31,322 bases of DNA from positions 1-31,322 of the IMG/VR virus record IMGVR_UViG_3300031694_000027. One strand, given 5' to 3'. Made by a program: the position numbers and the translations under genes. How positions within the stretch are numbered: the stretch's first letter is position 1; every line of letters starts with the position of its first letter. Origin of the DNA: a virus (taxonomy: Duplodnaviria; Caudoviricetes). The notes below the pieces were generated by a model, which was given only the letters and a program-made list of their open reading frames with translations, ran no database searches and was not told where the DNA came from. This document shows, piece by piece, positions 8,562 through 16,339 of this stretch.

Positions 8562-9146
8562 ATGACAACGACATTAAAGACGTATAAGCGCCTTATGAAT
8601 GAAGCTAAGCAGAACGACAAAAGCGTCACTGCGGACTTTGATCGTGAGTTAGACATTACAGCATATCTTAAAAAAGATCCTAAGATTAAAGCTCACGGAG
8701 GAAAGGACAATCTTTACTTCGACGGCGGGGCACTAGTATTTGGATCTAAGACTGTTCAAACTGACTTGATCAGCGATGACGGTTGGGATGTCGATATTAC
8801 TATGGCTGATCTAAAGAAGATGATTCTTAAGATGCCAAAGATAGTAGTGACTCCATCTAAAGGTTCACCTCGTAAAGCTGGTAAACAAACTGTTGGTAAG
8901 TTCGTAGTGTCAATACCTACACAGGTCGGTGGTGTTCACGGTGCTGGAGCTCAAGATCTAGAGAATCCTCGCGTTGTGATTGATGCTAGTCCAGAAGATA
9001 GCGTTGAGATCAAGAAGCTTCATGATAAGAAGGGTGGTGTTGAGATCCGTGTCATGAAACGCGCTAAGGGTAATAAGGTCTATGTTGATTTTAAGAAGGG
9101 TGCTGATGTAAGTGTCTTCTTGGATACGCTAGAAAAAATTAAATAA
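8562..9146 (+). CDS. Lys-rich hypothetical protein
   Basis: 194-aa ORF behind tandem promoters with AAGGA upstream. Confidence 0.75.
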   Translation: MTTTLKTYKRLMNEAKQNDKSVTADFDRELDITAYLKKDPKIKAHGGKDNLYFDGGALVFGSKTVQTDLISDDGWDVDITMADLKKMILKMPKIVVTPSKGSPRKAGKQTVGKFVVSIPTQVGGVHGAGAQDLENPRVVIDASPEDSVEIKKLHDKKGGVEIRVMKRAKGNKVYVDFKKGADVSVFLDTLEKIK

Positions 9147-9159
9147 GTAGGAAGTACAG

Positions 9160-9315
9160 ATGGCAAAGTTTAAAAGATTTGAAGCATCCAATAAAAAAAA
9201 GGATAAATTCAAATCAGAACAACGTGAAGAAAGCTCTCTCAAAGAAAGAGCTTCAACTAAATATAAAATGAAGTACATTGATTATGAAACAAAATTTTCA
9301 GCACAAGACCGTTGA
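9160..9315 (+). CDS. Small basic hypothetical protein (51 aa; not in ORF track)
   Basis: MAKFKRFEASNKKKDKFK...AQDR; AGGA Shine-Dalgarno; fills the gap before the exonuclease. Confidence 0.65.
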   Translation: MAKFKRFEASNKKKDKFKSEQREESSLKERASTKYKMKYIDYETKFSAQDR

Positions 9316-9964
9316 TTTAGGATATACAGATCTTATTGCGGAGACTTTAGAATCTGGCAGGACGTACGCTACTCCTGCTGGAATCAATTATCCATCAGTA
9401 ACAACAGTACTATCGATATTATCTAAGAAAGGTATTGATGCATGGAAAGCACGGGTTGGTGCAGAAGAAGCTGCTAAGGTAGGTTACCAAGCATCTAACC
9501 GTGGAACTGACGTGCATGATTGCCTTGAGAAATATGTTAATAATGATCCTGACTATGGTAAGGGTTATATGCCGCATATTCTTTCGGCTGTCAATAAGAT
9601 CAAACCAGTACTTGCTGAAAGGCTAGGTACAGTGTATGGTCTAGAAGTTGCATTATATTCAGATCATCTTGGACTTGCAGGTAGAGTCGATATGGTCGCA
9701 GAGTGGGATGGTGTTATTTCAATTATCGATTGGAAAACATCAAAGAAGCAGAAAGAGACGAAATGGATAACCAACTATTTCATACAAGAGTCTTCATATG
9801 CTATCATGTGGGAGGAGCGTACATCAACGCCAATCACGCAGTTAGTCACGGTTATCGCCTGTGACGATTCACCTACACCTCAAGTGTTTATAGAACATAG
9901 GGATAATTGGACGTCTCAGTTACTAAACACTATTAAGAGGTACAAGGAAAATGACGGGGCCTGA
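9284..9964 (+). CDS. PD-(D/E)xK family exonuclease
   Basis: YPSVTTVL, RGTDVH, LAGRVD, IIDWKTS and YFIQ motifs; start at ATG 9284. Confidence 0.9.
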   Translation: MKQNFQHKTVDLGYTDLIAETLESGRTYATPAGINYPSVTTVLSILSKKGIDAWKARVGAEEAAKVGYQASNRGTDVHDCLEKYVNNDPDYGKGYMPHILSAVNKIKPVLAERLGTVYGLEVALYSDHLGLAGRVDMVAEWDGVISIIDWKTSKKQKETKWITNYFIQESSYAIMWEERTSTPITQLVTVIACDDSPTPQVFIEHRDNWTSQLLNTIKRYKENDGA

Positions 9965-10046
9965 TGAGTTAGCTTTGGCTATAGCATTTACAGCATGCGC
10001 TTTAATTCTTTTATTATTAAATTACGGCAGGAAAGAAGATGAGTAA
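9951..10046 (+). CDS. Putative 31-aa single-pass membrane peptide
   Basis: MTGPDELALAIAFTACALILLLLNYGRKEDE; AAGGA upstream; overlaps both neighbours. Confidence 0.55.
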   Translation: MTGPDELALAIAFTACALILLLLNYGRKEDE

Positions 10047-10314
10047 CGACGATATAGAATATAACTTTGATTTTGGTTTTCACGCTGTACACGAAAACGA
10101 TATTGAAGCTGTACATGAGGTCAATAACCTAAAAGATATTGCCGATGGTAAGTCTGAAAGGTCTGCCGATGATCTCATTAAACTACGTAAGGCTATTCAG
10201 CCATTACTTAACAACTTAAGAGCTAATCCAGAAAAGGATTATATATTTTGGCCTGACAGGTTAGTTAAGGTCGATGCATTTGAAGCTCACATAGATAAAA
10301 TTTGCGAGGGTTAA
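10039..10314 (+). CDS. Hypothetical protein
   Basis: 91-aa ORF with FDFGF and PLLNNL..NPEKDYIFWPDR motifs recalled from T4-like phages. Confidence 0.75.
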   Translation: MSNDDIEYNFDFGFHAVHENDIEAVHEVNNLKDIADGKSERSADDLIKLRKAIQPLLNNLRANPEKDYIFWPDRLVKVDAFEAHIDKICEG

Positions 10315-10315
10315 A

Positions 10316-10411
10316 ATGATTTGGTTTATGTTGCACTGTATAGACTATACACAGTTCTGGTATGAAGGACTAGGTTGGTCAGTAATAGATGAGGTCGGTC
10401 ACCGAGGTTAA
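10316..10411 (+). CDS. Putative 31-aa aromatic-rich peptide
   Basis: MIWFMLHCIDYTQFWYEGLGWSVIDEVGHRG; GAGG 6 nt upstream; starts 1 nt after the previous stop. Confidence 0.5.
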   Translation: MIWFMLHCIDYTQFWYEGLGWSVIDEVGHRG

Positions 10412-10430
10412 TTAACTAAGGAGGATTAGT

Positions 10431-10568
10431 ATGAAGCATAGAAGAAATCCTGTGGCAAAGCATGCGAAGAAAGTTAACAAATGTTCTGTTCATAGAGACA
10501 AAAGTAAGTACAACCGAAAGAGGATTCCAATACAGGACTCCTCTTTTTTAGTATATGCTTATAACTAA
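10431..10568 (+). CDS. Small basic protein, candidate ArfA-like ribosome rescue factor (45 aa; not in ORF track)
   Basis: Perfect TAAGGAGG Shine-Dalgarno; MKHRRNPVAKHAKKVNKCSVHRDKSKYNRKRIPIQDSSFLVYAYN; terminator within the ORF. The ORF is well supported; the function is inferred. Confidence 0.65.
   Translation: MKHRRNPVAKHAKKVNKCSVHRDKSKYNRKRIPIQDSSFLVYAYN
10517..10549 (+). terminator. Intrinsic terminator inside the 10431 ORF
   Basis: AAAGAGGA-t-TCC / AATACA loop / GGA-c-TCCTCTTT with T6 at 10544-10549. Confidence 0.75.
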
Positions 10569-10624
10569 ATGATATAAAAATAACTAAAATAGTTGTGTAC
10601 ATATTTTATAATGTATGGTATAAT
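10552..10624 (+). repeat. 73-bp promoter cassette, copy 1 (-35 10596-10601, -10 10619-10624)
   Basis: 69/73 identical to copy 2; TGTACA-17bp-TATAAT. Confidence 0.92.
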
Positions 10625-10659
10625 ACCTATATCAAATGAATAAAGAAGAGAACTACATT

Positions 10660-11166
10660 ATGAAAAATACTTACTACTTACACGAAGGTAAATATCAGAA
10701 GCAATATGATCGTCTATCAAAGTTAATTCCTGATATGGGAAAGGCTGATACTGTTGCAGGTGAAATAATGCGGGCAACGGTTTGTCTTAGCCATGAGCTG
10801 TACAACAACGGAATGGGTAATAACTGTTCTGGTGCAGTCAACTACCTTCAAGCTAAAGATTCGATCACGCATGACACATGGAAGACCGTGCACGAGTATT
10901 CTCGTGGTTGGACATATATTCTTCAACTTGCTTCTTGGCAAGCTCCATCGTTTTCAGCTGCAATGGAAAGCTTAATAGATCAAGCGGTGTTCTTCATCAT
11001 GATGAATCCTGAGCTAGAAGAGTTAGAAAACCATACTGATATGCATGATCTAAAAGAAGATATGGATCAATTTTGTGTTGTGTGTAAGGATCTTATGGAA
11101 GAAGAAGATTATTCGGACATGTGTTCTATGTGTTATGAAGAAGAAGTAGGTCAATGGGAACATTAA
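10660..11166 (+). CDS. Hypothetical early protein with C-terminal CxxC...CxxC
   Basis: Start at ATG 10660 after GAGA; GKYQKQYD..L..LIP..G and LYNNG motifs; CVVC/CSMC tail. Confidence 0.78.
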   Translation: MKNTYYLHEGKYQKQYDRLSKLIPDMGKADTVAGEIMRATVCLSHELYNNGMGNNCSGAVNYLQAKDSITHDTWKTVHEYSRGWTYILQLASWQAPSFSAAMESLIDQAVFFIMMNPELEELENHTDMHDLKEDMDQFCVVCKDLMEEEDYSDMCSMCYEEEVGQWEH

Positions 11167-11171
11167 TAAGT

Positions 11172-11244
11172 TATATGCTTATAACTAAATGATCTAAGAA
11201 TAACTAAAATAGTTGTGTACATATTTGACAATGTATGGTATAAT
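11172..11244 (+). repeat. 73-bp promoter cassette, copy 2 (-35 11216-11221, -10 11239-11244)
   Basis: Direct repeat; its 5' end overlaps the AGTTATA-TGCT-TATAACT hairpin (11169-11186). Confidence 0.92.
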
Positions 11245-11278
11245 GTACTTAATGAATCAAACAGTGAAAGAGAATATT

Positions 11279-11551
11279 ATGGATCAAGTTACTTATATCG
11301 CAGGCGTCAAGATGACTTTAACTCGTCGTGGAATACTAGACGTTCTTAATGTTGTAAAGCCTGAGTCATCAATCAACACAGAAAATTGGATCGATACTAT
11401 ATTGCTTGTTGAGCAAGAAATGGATTGTTCTGGAATTGATTATTCTGAATGCACTCAACGTGAATTTGACGCTGAATGTTGTGAAGCTATCGAAGAAGTG
11501 TATAAGTCTTATCCACTTGAACTTGAAGCGTATAAGCATATAACTAAATGA
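11279..11551 (+). CDS. Acidic hypothetical early protein (90 aa)
   Basis: Start moved to ATG 11279, since upstream codons lie in the promoter; stop lies inside repeat copy 3. Confidence 0.72.
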   Translation: MDQVTYIAGVKMTLTRRGILDVLNVVKPESSINTENWIDTILLVEQEMDCSGIDYSECTQREFDAECCEAIEEVYKSYPLELEAYKHITK

Positions 11552-11603
11552 TCTAAGAATAACTAAAATAGTTGTGTACAACTCACTCATTATAATGTAT
11601 AAT
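11531..11603 (+). repeat. 73-bp promoter cassette, copy 3 (-35 11575-11580, -10 11598-11603)
   Basis: First 50 nt are 48/50 identical to copy 2; spacer diverged but 17 bp length kept. Confidence 0.9.
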
Positions 11604-11639
11604 GGCTATATCAAATCAAGAAACACAAGGTAGTTTATC

Positions 11640-11831
11640 ATGAAGTTAACAAAAATTGCAGGTTCATGGATCGGGGATAACAATAAAGGCGAACAGTGTT
11701 CATTTTCTAAAATGAACCCATCTATGTCTTCGTATTCTGCTAGTGAGCCATGGAGAGGGACTAACTGGGATAACTATTACAGCATGACTTTTGCAACGCT
11801 TAAAGCAGCTAAAGCTGCACTTTCTGAATAA
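11640..11831 (+). CDS. Hypothetical early protein
   Basis: 63-aa ORF, AAGGT Shine-Dalgarno, C-terminal FATLKAAKA. Confidence 0.72.
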   Translation: MKLTKIAGSWIGDNNKGEQCSFSKMNPSMSSYSASEPWRGTNWDNYYSMTFATLKAAKAALSE

Positions 11832-11846
11832 CTGAGGTATTTCATT

Positions 11847-12089
11847 ATGATTACATTAGCACAAGCATTTGAAAAGGCAATCAACCAAAAGAGCAATCGG
11901 AATGAAGATGGTTCTGTAAACTGGAACTATGTTGATGCGGACTGCGCTAAGGACGTAAACTTACATGGCGCTAGCTATCACAGCGTTGAATCAACTAGCT
12001 TCACCATGGAGGCATGTGAAGCATATTACGATTATTTTGATGCGTTGTGTGGCAAGTGGGAAGCTCAACAACGGGAGCTTTCAGCATGA
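11847..12089 (+). CDS. Hypothetical protein
   Basis: GAGGT Shine-Dalgarno; NEDGSVNWNYVDAD motif. Confidence 0.75.
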   Translation: MITLAQAFEKAINQKSNRNEDGSVNWNYVDADCAKDVNLHGASYHSVESTSFTMEACEAYYDYFDALCGKWEAQQRELSA

Positions 12090-12361
12090 ACTACGATAGT
12101 GAAGAAATGCGTGAGACGATCTTAAGAATGATGACTTCTGGTTATTACCAGTATGAGTTACCACGTTTTAGCAAAGAACGTGATAGCATTAATAATGCAT
12201 TAGTAAAGATTATGTCAGAAGCCAAGAGAATGCGCTTCATTGAGAGTACTGGTGTATTATCACGAGCTCAGTTAGATGATGTCACCAATGGCATCGATAT
12301 GTTGACTGAAGGCGCTGATGATGCCAAAGAGTGGCTTGAATATCAAGAAATGAATTACTAG
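12086..12361 (+). CDS. Hypothetical protein
   Basis: Start at ATG 12086 (ATGA coupling, GGAG upstream). Confidence 0.72.
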   Translation: MNYDSEEMRETILRMMTSGYYQYELPRFSKERDSINNALVKIMSEAKRMRFIESTGVLSRAQLDDVTNGIDMLTEGADDAKEWLEYQEMNY

Positions 12362-12371
12362 GAGACGCATA

Positions 12372-12662
12372 ATGCAAAAACTGCCAAAGGCAATTAAACG
12401 TATGGAACTCGATTGTTTAAGTTTAAACGAAGAGGATTACTCATTTAAGTATGGAGAAGTTTCGTTAGATTTCTATCATACTATAGAAGATTACCACTAT
12501 CGTTTGACTCATTCGTTTGGACCTATTGAAGATCACTATACGTATGTTATGATGTCGTACAACGAAAATATTAGAGGTATTGGTTGGACTACTTATAGTG
12601 CATCCGATGCAGAAGATACTGAATGGCTACTTAAAGAAGCACAATTAGAGAGAGCACAATAG
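12372..12662 (+). CDS. Hypothetical protein
   Basis: AGGAG Shine-Dalgarno; 96-aa ORF in a tightly packed series. Confidence 0.72.
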   Translation: MQKLPKAIKRMELDCLSLNEEDYSFKYGEVSLDFYHTIEDYHYRLTHSFGPIEDHYTYVMMSYNENIRGIGWTTYSASDAEDTEWLLKEAQLERAQ

Positions 12663-12663
12663 C

Positions 12664-12951
12664 ATGGAAGACCGTATTGAAATGATTAAAGCAGCTGCAG
12701 AGAAACTAGCTTTTAGGAGCAAGTTTCGTCCAAAGAAAAAACTAAGTGTGTCTACTCGTTTACGTAAAGCTGCATCATACACTGATGAGAAGCGTGGACC
12801 TAAAGATACTACTGATTCTGATTACTCTGATCGTGTCATTAACGAGATGGATGATAACCATAACCATTGGACAGATTCATCTAGCTACGTAACTAAGCAC
12901 TATGGTGCTGTTTCTTCAGAAACTAAAAAAGATGACAATGATTGGAATTAA
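12664..12951 (+). CDS. Hypothetical protein
   Basis: 95-aa ORF, basic N-half and acidic C-half; 1 nt after the previous stop. Confidence 0.72.
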   Translation: MEDRIEMIKAAAEKLAFRSKFRPKKKLSVSTRLRKAASYTDEKRGPKDTTDSDYSDRVINEMDDNHNHWTDSSSYVTKHYGAVSSETKKDDNDWN

Positions 12952-12954
12952 AGT

Positions 12955-12983
12955 TGTACAATCACATAAAACTGTGATATAAT
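12955..12983 (+). promoter_or_regulatory. Sigma70-type early promoter
   Basis: TGTACA-17bp-TATAAT, TGn extension. Confidence 0.8.
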
Positions 12984-13014
12984 GGTCATACAAATTAATA
13001 AAGGATATAACATT

Positions 13015-13302
13015 ATGGATACATACGCTGAAACTTACGAAGTCGAGTTAATGAAAAAAGCTCTATCTGAATCTGTTTGTATTGTGACTTTTAATAAATT
13101 GAATGGTGATGAACGTGTAATGAGTTGTACCACCAACACTAAATTAATGAGCAAGCATATGATACCTAAAGGCACATCAGCCTTAGTACCATCTGACCAC
13201 GTTATCAAAGCATATGATACAACCGCTGACGGTTGGCGATCATTTCGTGTTGAAAGCGTAACTAACTTTACTGTTGATAGGACAAATTATGGAAATGAAT
13301 AA
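13015..13302 (+). CDS. WYL-like / SH3 beta-barrel protein
   Basis: VTFNKLNGDERVMSCT and YD....GWRSFRVESV motifs; AAGGA before ATG 13015. Confidence 0.78.
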   Translation: MDTYAETYEVELMKKALSESVCIVTFNKLNGDERVMSCTTNTKLMSKHMIPKGTSALVPSDHVIKAYDTTADGWRSFRVESVTNFTVDRTNYGNE

Positions 13303-14446
13303 AGCTGCACGTGGCAAAAGCATTGATAGTATGTATCTTGGCAAGGAGCTAAGTTATAGTCCTGAGGACAATCTTGAAGGTGTCGATCGACGTTTAGCTT
13401 TAACTAATGCTTTAGGTTATTACAACTACAAGTATAAGACTAAAGACAACTCTAAGATTGTTATTAAGTACGCACAGGATAACGACTATAGTTCAGATGA
13501 TATATCTTTGCTTAAGTCTGCATCTAATACTGTGTTCTTTAATAACTACACTACGTTAATACGTATATCAAAACGTGGATGGACACTCAATCAAGATGAG
13601 ATCAAAAATATCACTTCGGGTATTGAGTACGCCTTAGATTTTGCACGTGCACGTAAAGTTATTGATGACGATAAAGAGGCTGATCCTTATGCAATTGTTG
13701 TTGCAAAGGTAACACCACAAGATCGTCTTAACGCTATCATATCGGATACTATTCTAACTGACCTTGATGCATTCGAAGATGAATGGATCGAACGTGTTAA
13801 TGGTAACAGCTATGATATATTTAAAAAGGCTACTGCCTACGGTTTAACTGGTCCAAAGATTAAGACCTCTGTTATTGCGTGGGTCCAACCTCGTATTGAT
13901 GAGATGGAAATGGCAGTCTCTAAGAGAGAGGCCGATGAAGAATATGCCTATGCATACTCACACATTAAACCATCTGCTATTAAGAATCGTATTAAGGTTC
14001 TTAAGAATATTCTATTGGACTTAGAGAGTCTAACTCTTGCAGCCAAAGCAACTCGTAAAGTACGTAAGCCTAAGGTTAAATCTGCAGATAAGCAGATCGC
14101 TAAGATGAAGTATAAGACTAAGGATAACGACTTTAAGTTGGCATCCATTAATCCTATTGACATAATAGGTTCTTATCAGTTACTAGTATTCAATACTAAG
14201 TATGGAGTTGTGACTGAGTACACTACAACACGTGTTGGCGGATTTGAGGTTAAAGGTACAACACTATTACATTATGAGGCTGATAAGTCTAGATCAACAC
14301 GACTACGTAAGCCAGATGAATTTCTTAAGATATGCCTTAAGAAAACTGCCAAGCAATTGGATAAAGAGTGGAAGAAACTGACCACTAAGGATTCAGTGCC
14401 AAATGGCAGGATTAACGAGCATACTATATTATTAAAGGCGAATTAA
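13289..14446 (+). CDS. Conserved hypothetical protein of T4-like phages
   Basis: Long ORF with basic C-terminal domain (SINPIDIIGS, VFNTKY, LRKP, NGRINEHTILLK) directly upstream of gp33. Confidence 0.8.
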   Translation: MEMNKAARGKSIDSMYLGKELSYSPEDNLEGVDRRLALTNALGYYNYKYKTKDNSKIVIKYAQDNDYSSDDISLLKSASNTVFFNNYTTLIRISKRGWTLNQDEIKNITSGIEYALDFARARKVIDDDKEADPYAIVVAKVTPQDRLNAIISDTILTDLDAFEDEWIERVNGNSYDIFKKATAYGLTGPKIKTSVIAWVQPRIDEMEMAVSKREADEEYAYAYSHIKPSAIKNRIKVLKNILLDLESLTLAAKATRKVRKPKVKSADKQIAKMKYKTKDNDFKLASINPIDIIGSYQLLVFNTKYGVVTEYTTTRVGGFEVKGTTLLHYEADKSRSTRLRKPDEFLKICLKKTAKQLDKEWKKLTTKDSVPNGRINEHTILLKAN

Positions 14447-14682
14447 TGTTGAACCTAATTATGAATCAAGTACAATTCTCTAAATACGTTGAAGATCTAA
14501 TGTTTGCCTCTCGAGGTAGTGTAACCTACCTTGATGCAATACTAGAGATATGCAATAGGTACGAAATAGATCCTTTAGATGTATCTAAACTATTGTCCAA
14601 ACCTATTACCGAGAAGGTACAAAACGAAGCACAACAAGCAAGGTTACTTAAAGTTCCACCAATGAATACGTTGCCAATATGA
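14446..14682 (+). CDS. gp33: Late transcription coactivator
   Basis: FSKYVE, TYLDAIL, KLLSKPITEKVQNEA, C-terminal TLPI; synteny with 59 and 32. Confidence 0.88.
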   Translation: MLNLIMNQVQFSKYVEDLMFASRGSVTYLDAILEICNRYEIDPLDVSKLLSKPITEKVQNEAQQARLLKVPPMNTLPI

Positions 14683-15305
14683 CAAGTACAGAACGATTAG
14701 ATGAGTTTGGAGTGTATAGTTTATACCTTGCGTGTAAGCTACACTACTCTAATGGCACGTATAATGCAGTTAAATATAGGTTTAAGACTTCAGCCAAACA
14801 ACAATCCTTTTGGAAACGCAAGGATCGTTACTTCTTTCATAAGGTAGGTACCAAGTTTAACTTCGATAGAAGTGTCATACTTGATTACTTTAATGCCCAC
14901 TTTGTTGAGGATATATCATGGGTAGGTAACATGTTAGATGACGATAAAGTTTGGCCTGATTATAAAAAAAGATTACAAAGTTTCGGATATAGATTTGAAG
15001 CTGATATAAATACGTTGCGTGACGATCATTGTGATGGTGGTAATCTACCATTTGATACACTGTTCTCCACAGCGGCAGGTGATGCACATCCACCTATCAT
15101 TAAGTCATTCCTTCAAGGTGACATTATGATCGAGACCATAATTATCTTAGATAACATATTGGGATTCATAGAGAAGATGAACATCACCGAAACACTGGTT
15201 TGGCCAGACCTAAAGAATAAACTTCTTAAATATGGCATCATGTTAGATACGAAATTAAATGCGAATAATTATAAAAAAATTATACTAAAAGTGTTTACTT
15301 CTTGA
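14679..15305 (+). CDS. gp59: Helicase loader
   Basis: YLACKLHY..YNAVKY, KRKDRYFF, HPPI..I.IET.IILD; between gp33 and gp32. Confidence 0.9.
   Translation: MTSTERLDEFGVYSLYLACKLHYSNGTYNAVKYRFKTSAKQQSFWKRKDRYFFHKVGTKFNFDRSVILDYFNAHFVEDISWVGNMLDDDKVWPDYKKRLQSFGYRFEADINTLRDDHCDGGNLPFDTLFSTAAGDAHPPIIKSFLQGDIMIETIIILDNILGFIEKMNITETLVWPDLKNKLLKYGIMLDTKLNANNYKKIILKVFTS
15005..15012 (+). promoter_or_regulatory. Possible internal late promoter for gp32
   Basis: TATAAATA inside gp59; could be chance. Confidence 0.4.
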
Positions 15306-15322
15306 TCAAAACATGTTATAAT
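15294..15322 (+). promoter_or_regulatory. Sigma70-type early promoter of gp32
   Basis: G-TTTACT-17bp-TATAAT, TGn extension; matches the T4 early GTTTAC -35. Confidence 0.82.
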
Positions 15323-15380
15323 GGTCCACAATGTAAAAAAATACACTGTTAATAAATTGTAATATAAAGAGGAATAAAAT

Positions 15381-16292
15381 ATGGGATTTGCTGATCTAAA
15401 ACGTAATCGTTCTGCTTCTATGGCGAAGCTTCTAACTACTGCACAAAGTGTTGGTGGTGATGCTAAGAAGAGTTATAACGATGACCGCATCTGGAAACCT
15501 ACAGTTGATAAAGCAAATAATGGCTATGCTGTTATTCGTTTTTTACCTGCGCCTGAAGGCGAGAATGATCCATGGATTCAATACTGGGATCACGGCTTCA
15601 AAGGTCCTGTTACTGGACGTTGGTATATCGAACGCTCATTAACATCAATCGGACAAGACGATCCAGTATCAGAAATGAATACTAAGTTGTGGAATTCTGG
15701 CAATGATGACGATAAGTCTATTGCACGAAATCGTAAACGTCGACTACATTATGTGTCTAATATTCAAGTCATTAAAGATGATGGTAATCCAGCTAATGAA
15801 GGTAAAGTATTCCTTTATGTGTTTGGTAAGAAAATCTTTGATAAGATTATTGATTCAATGCAGCCACAATTTGCGGATGAAGATCCAATCAATCCATTCG
15901 ACTTTTGGGATGGCGCTGATTTTAAGCTTAAGATTCGTGATGTTGAAGGTTACCGTAACTATGATAAGTCTGAATTTGGAAAGCCAGGTGCATTAGCATC
16001 GGATGAAGAGTTAGAAGGTATCTATGGTAAGTTGCATTCATTAGAAGAGTATAATAGTCCAAGCAACTATAAGACCTATGCCGAACTAAAGACTAAGCTT
16101 ATGGCTGTTCTTGGTGAGGATGGTGTTGCAATGTCAACTGCAGAGCACGTGACATTGGATGTATCTACGCCTGCTCCGATGCGAGCAAGTCAAGCTGAAT
16201 CTAATCATAACGTTGCACCTGAGCCTAAGGCTGCTGCAGATGATGAAGACGATACTCTAAGTTACTTTAATCGCCTTGCTGCTGAAGACTAA
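15381..16292 (+). CDS. gp32: Single-stranded DNA-binding protein
   Basis: DDRIWKP, GYAVIRFLP, HGFKGP, FGKKIFDKI, NPFDFWDGADFKLK, acidic tail ending YFNRLAAED. Confidence 0.97.
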   Translation: MGFADLKRNRSASMAKLLTTAQSVGGDAKKSYNDDRIWKPTVDKANNGYAVIRFLPAPEGENDPWIQYWDHGFKGPVTGRWYIERSLTSIGQDDPVSEMNTKLWNSGNDDDKSIARNRKRRLHYVSNIQVIKDDGNPANEGKVFLYVFGKKIFDKIIDSMQPQFADEDPINPFDFWDGADFKLKIRDVEGYRNYDKSEFGKPGALASDEELEGIYGKLHSLEEYNSPSNYKTYAELKTKLMAVLGEDGVAMSTAEHVTLDVSTPAPMRASQAESNHNVAPEPKAAADDEDDTLSYFNRLAAED

Positions 16293-16314
16293 CAGCTAAT
16301 AAGATTGATTAAAT

Positions 16315-16339
16315 AAGGGGACCTTCGGGTCCCTTTTTT
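16315..16339 (+). terminator. Intrinsic terminator between convergent blocks
   Basis: GGGACC-TTCG-GGTCCC followed by T6; cUUCGg tetraloop typical of T4-like phages. Confidence 0.93.

Noticed and set aside
9284-9964. Exonuclease as Cas4 or a CRISPR component
   Set aside because: Lacks the four-Cys Fe-S ligands and has no array nearby; a common T4-like exonuclease.
11225-11230. TTGACA within the spacer of repeat copy 2
   Set aside because: No good -10 at 17 bp, and absent from the other copies.
11213-11278. Upstream extensions of track ORFs 11213, 10636, 12047, 12982 and 26595
   Set aside because: They lie in promoters, leaders or upstream genes; downstream ATGs have better initiation context.
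10552-11603. Repeats as a CRISPR array or IS ends
   Set aside because: Units are 73 bp, contain promoters and are separated by whole genes; no cas or transposase gene.
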